A stretch of 64,000 bases of DNA from Clostridiales bacterium. Its GTDB lineage: Bacteria > Bacillota > Clostridia > Lachnospirales > Lachnospiraceae. The stretch covers positions 56,259-120,258 of the forward strand of contig JALEHN010000021.1 in the NCBI GenBank assembly GCA_022770525.1, in the 5' to 3' direction. Positions 63,963-64,000 of this stretch are shown one piece after another. Made by a program: the position numbers and the translations under genes. The first letter of the stretch is position 1, and each line of letters opens with the position of its first letter. Below the pieces are notes generated by a model. The model was not told the DNA's origin and did no database searches. It worked only from the letters and a program-made list of their open reading frames with translations.

Positions 63963-64000
63963 ACATAGATATCTGATTATGAATCAGAATTAATAGTTGA

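Noticed and set aside
63660-64000. Integrase or genomic island attached to tRNA-Pro
   Set aside because: No integrase-like ORF or tRNA 3'-end direct repeat is visible within the window. Only ~270 nt lie beyond the tRNA, so this cannot be assessed.

Overview
Low-GC Firmicutes/Clostridia-type chromosome segment, almost entirely minus-strand coding. It looks like a sporeformer: an alpha/beta-type SASP gene carries a forespore-type promoter. All calls come from reading the sequence and ORF track by eye. No database or covariance-model search was run.

Layout:
- 0-8.1 kb, accessory-looking: truncated PucR-type regulator, orphan AAA_15/21-like ATPase, large surface-anchored esterase with coding repeats, Schlafen/AlbA_2 (COG2865-like) protein, Met-rich zinc-ribbon membrane protein.
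- 8.1-34.4 kb, one ~26 kb anaerobic cobalamin supercluster: cbiD-cbiET-cbiL-cbiF-cbiG-hemA-cbiH-sirC-hemC::cobA::hemD-hemB-hemL-cbiJ-cbiA-cbiB-cbiMNQO-cobD-xth-cobQ-cobO-cbiC. No CbiK/CbiX-type cobaltochelatase is recognisable. The operon ends in an unusual tail: HD hydrolase, extremely His-rich COG0523 GTPase, and a degenerate GTPase fused to a DUF1980-like CC-motif domain.
- 34.6-36.5 kb: four-domain flavodiiron protein.
- 36.7-64 kb, housekeeping: csp, pyrBI, ftsH behind a perfect CIRCE operator, hslO, SAM methyltransferase with a GC-rich structured leader, thiW-thiM without an obvious THI element, SASP, addAB (AddA has an acidic pentapeptide-repeat insert), an SOS-box-associated small membrane protein, nadE-fbp-dapB, lysine-riboswitch dapA, a second cobO-like gene, a tandem-OB SSB-like gene, typA, a small acidic ORF embedded in a dispersed or MITE-like repeat family, and tRNA-Pro(UGG) with a consensus promoter.

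No rRNA, CRISPR, transposase, integrase or prophage genes were seen. The best candidate for something undescribed is the metal-handling tail of the chelatase-less B12 operon. Next are the repeat family, CIRCE-ftsH and the orphan structured leaders.
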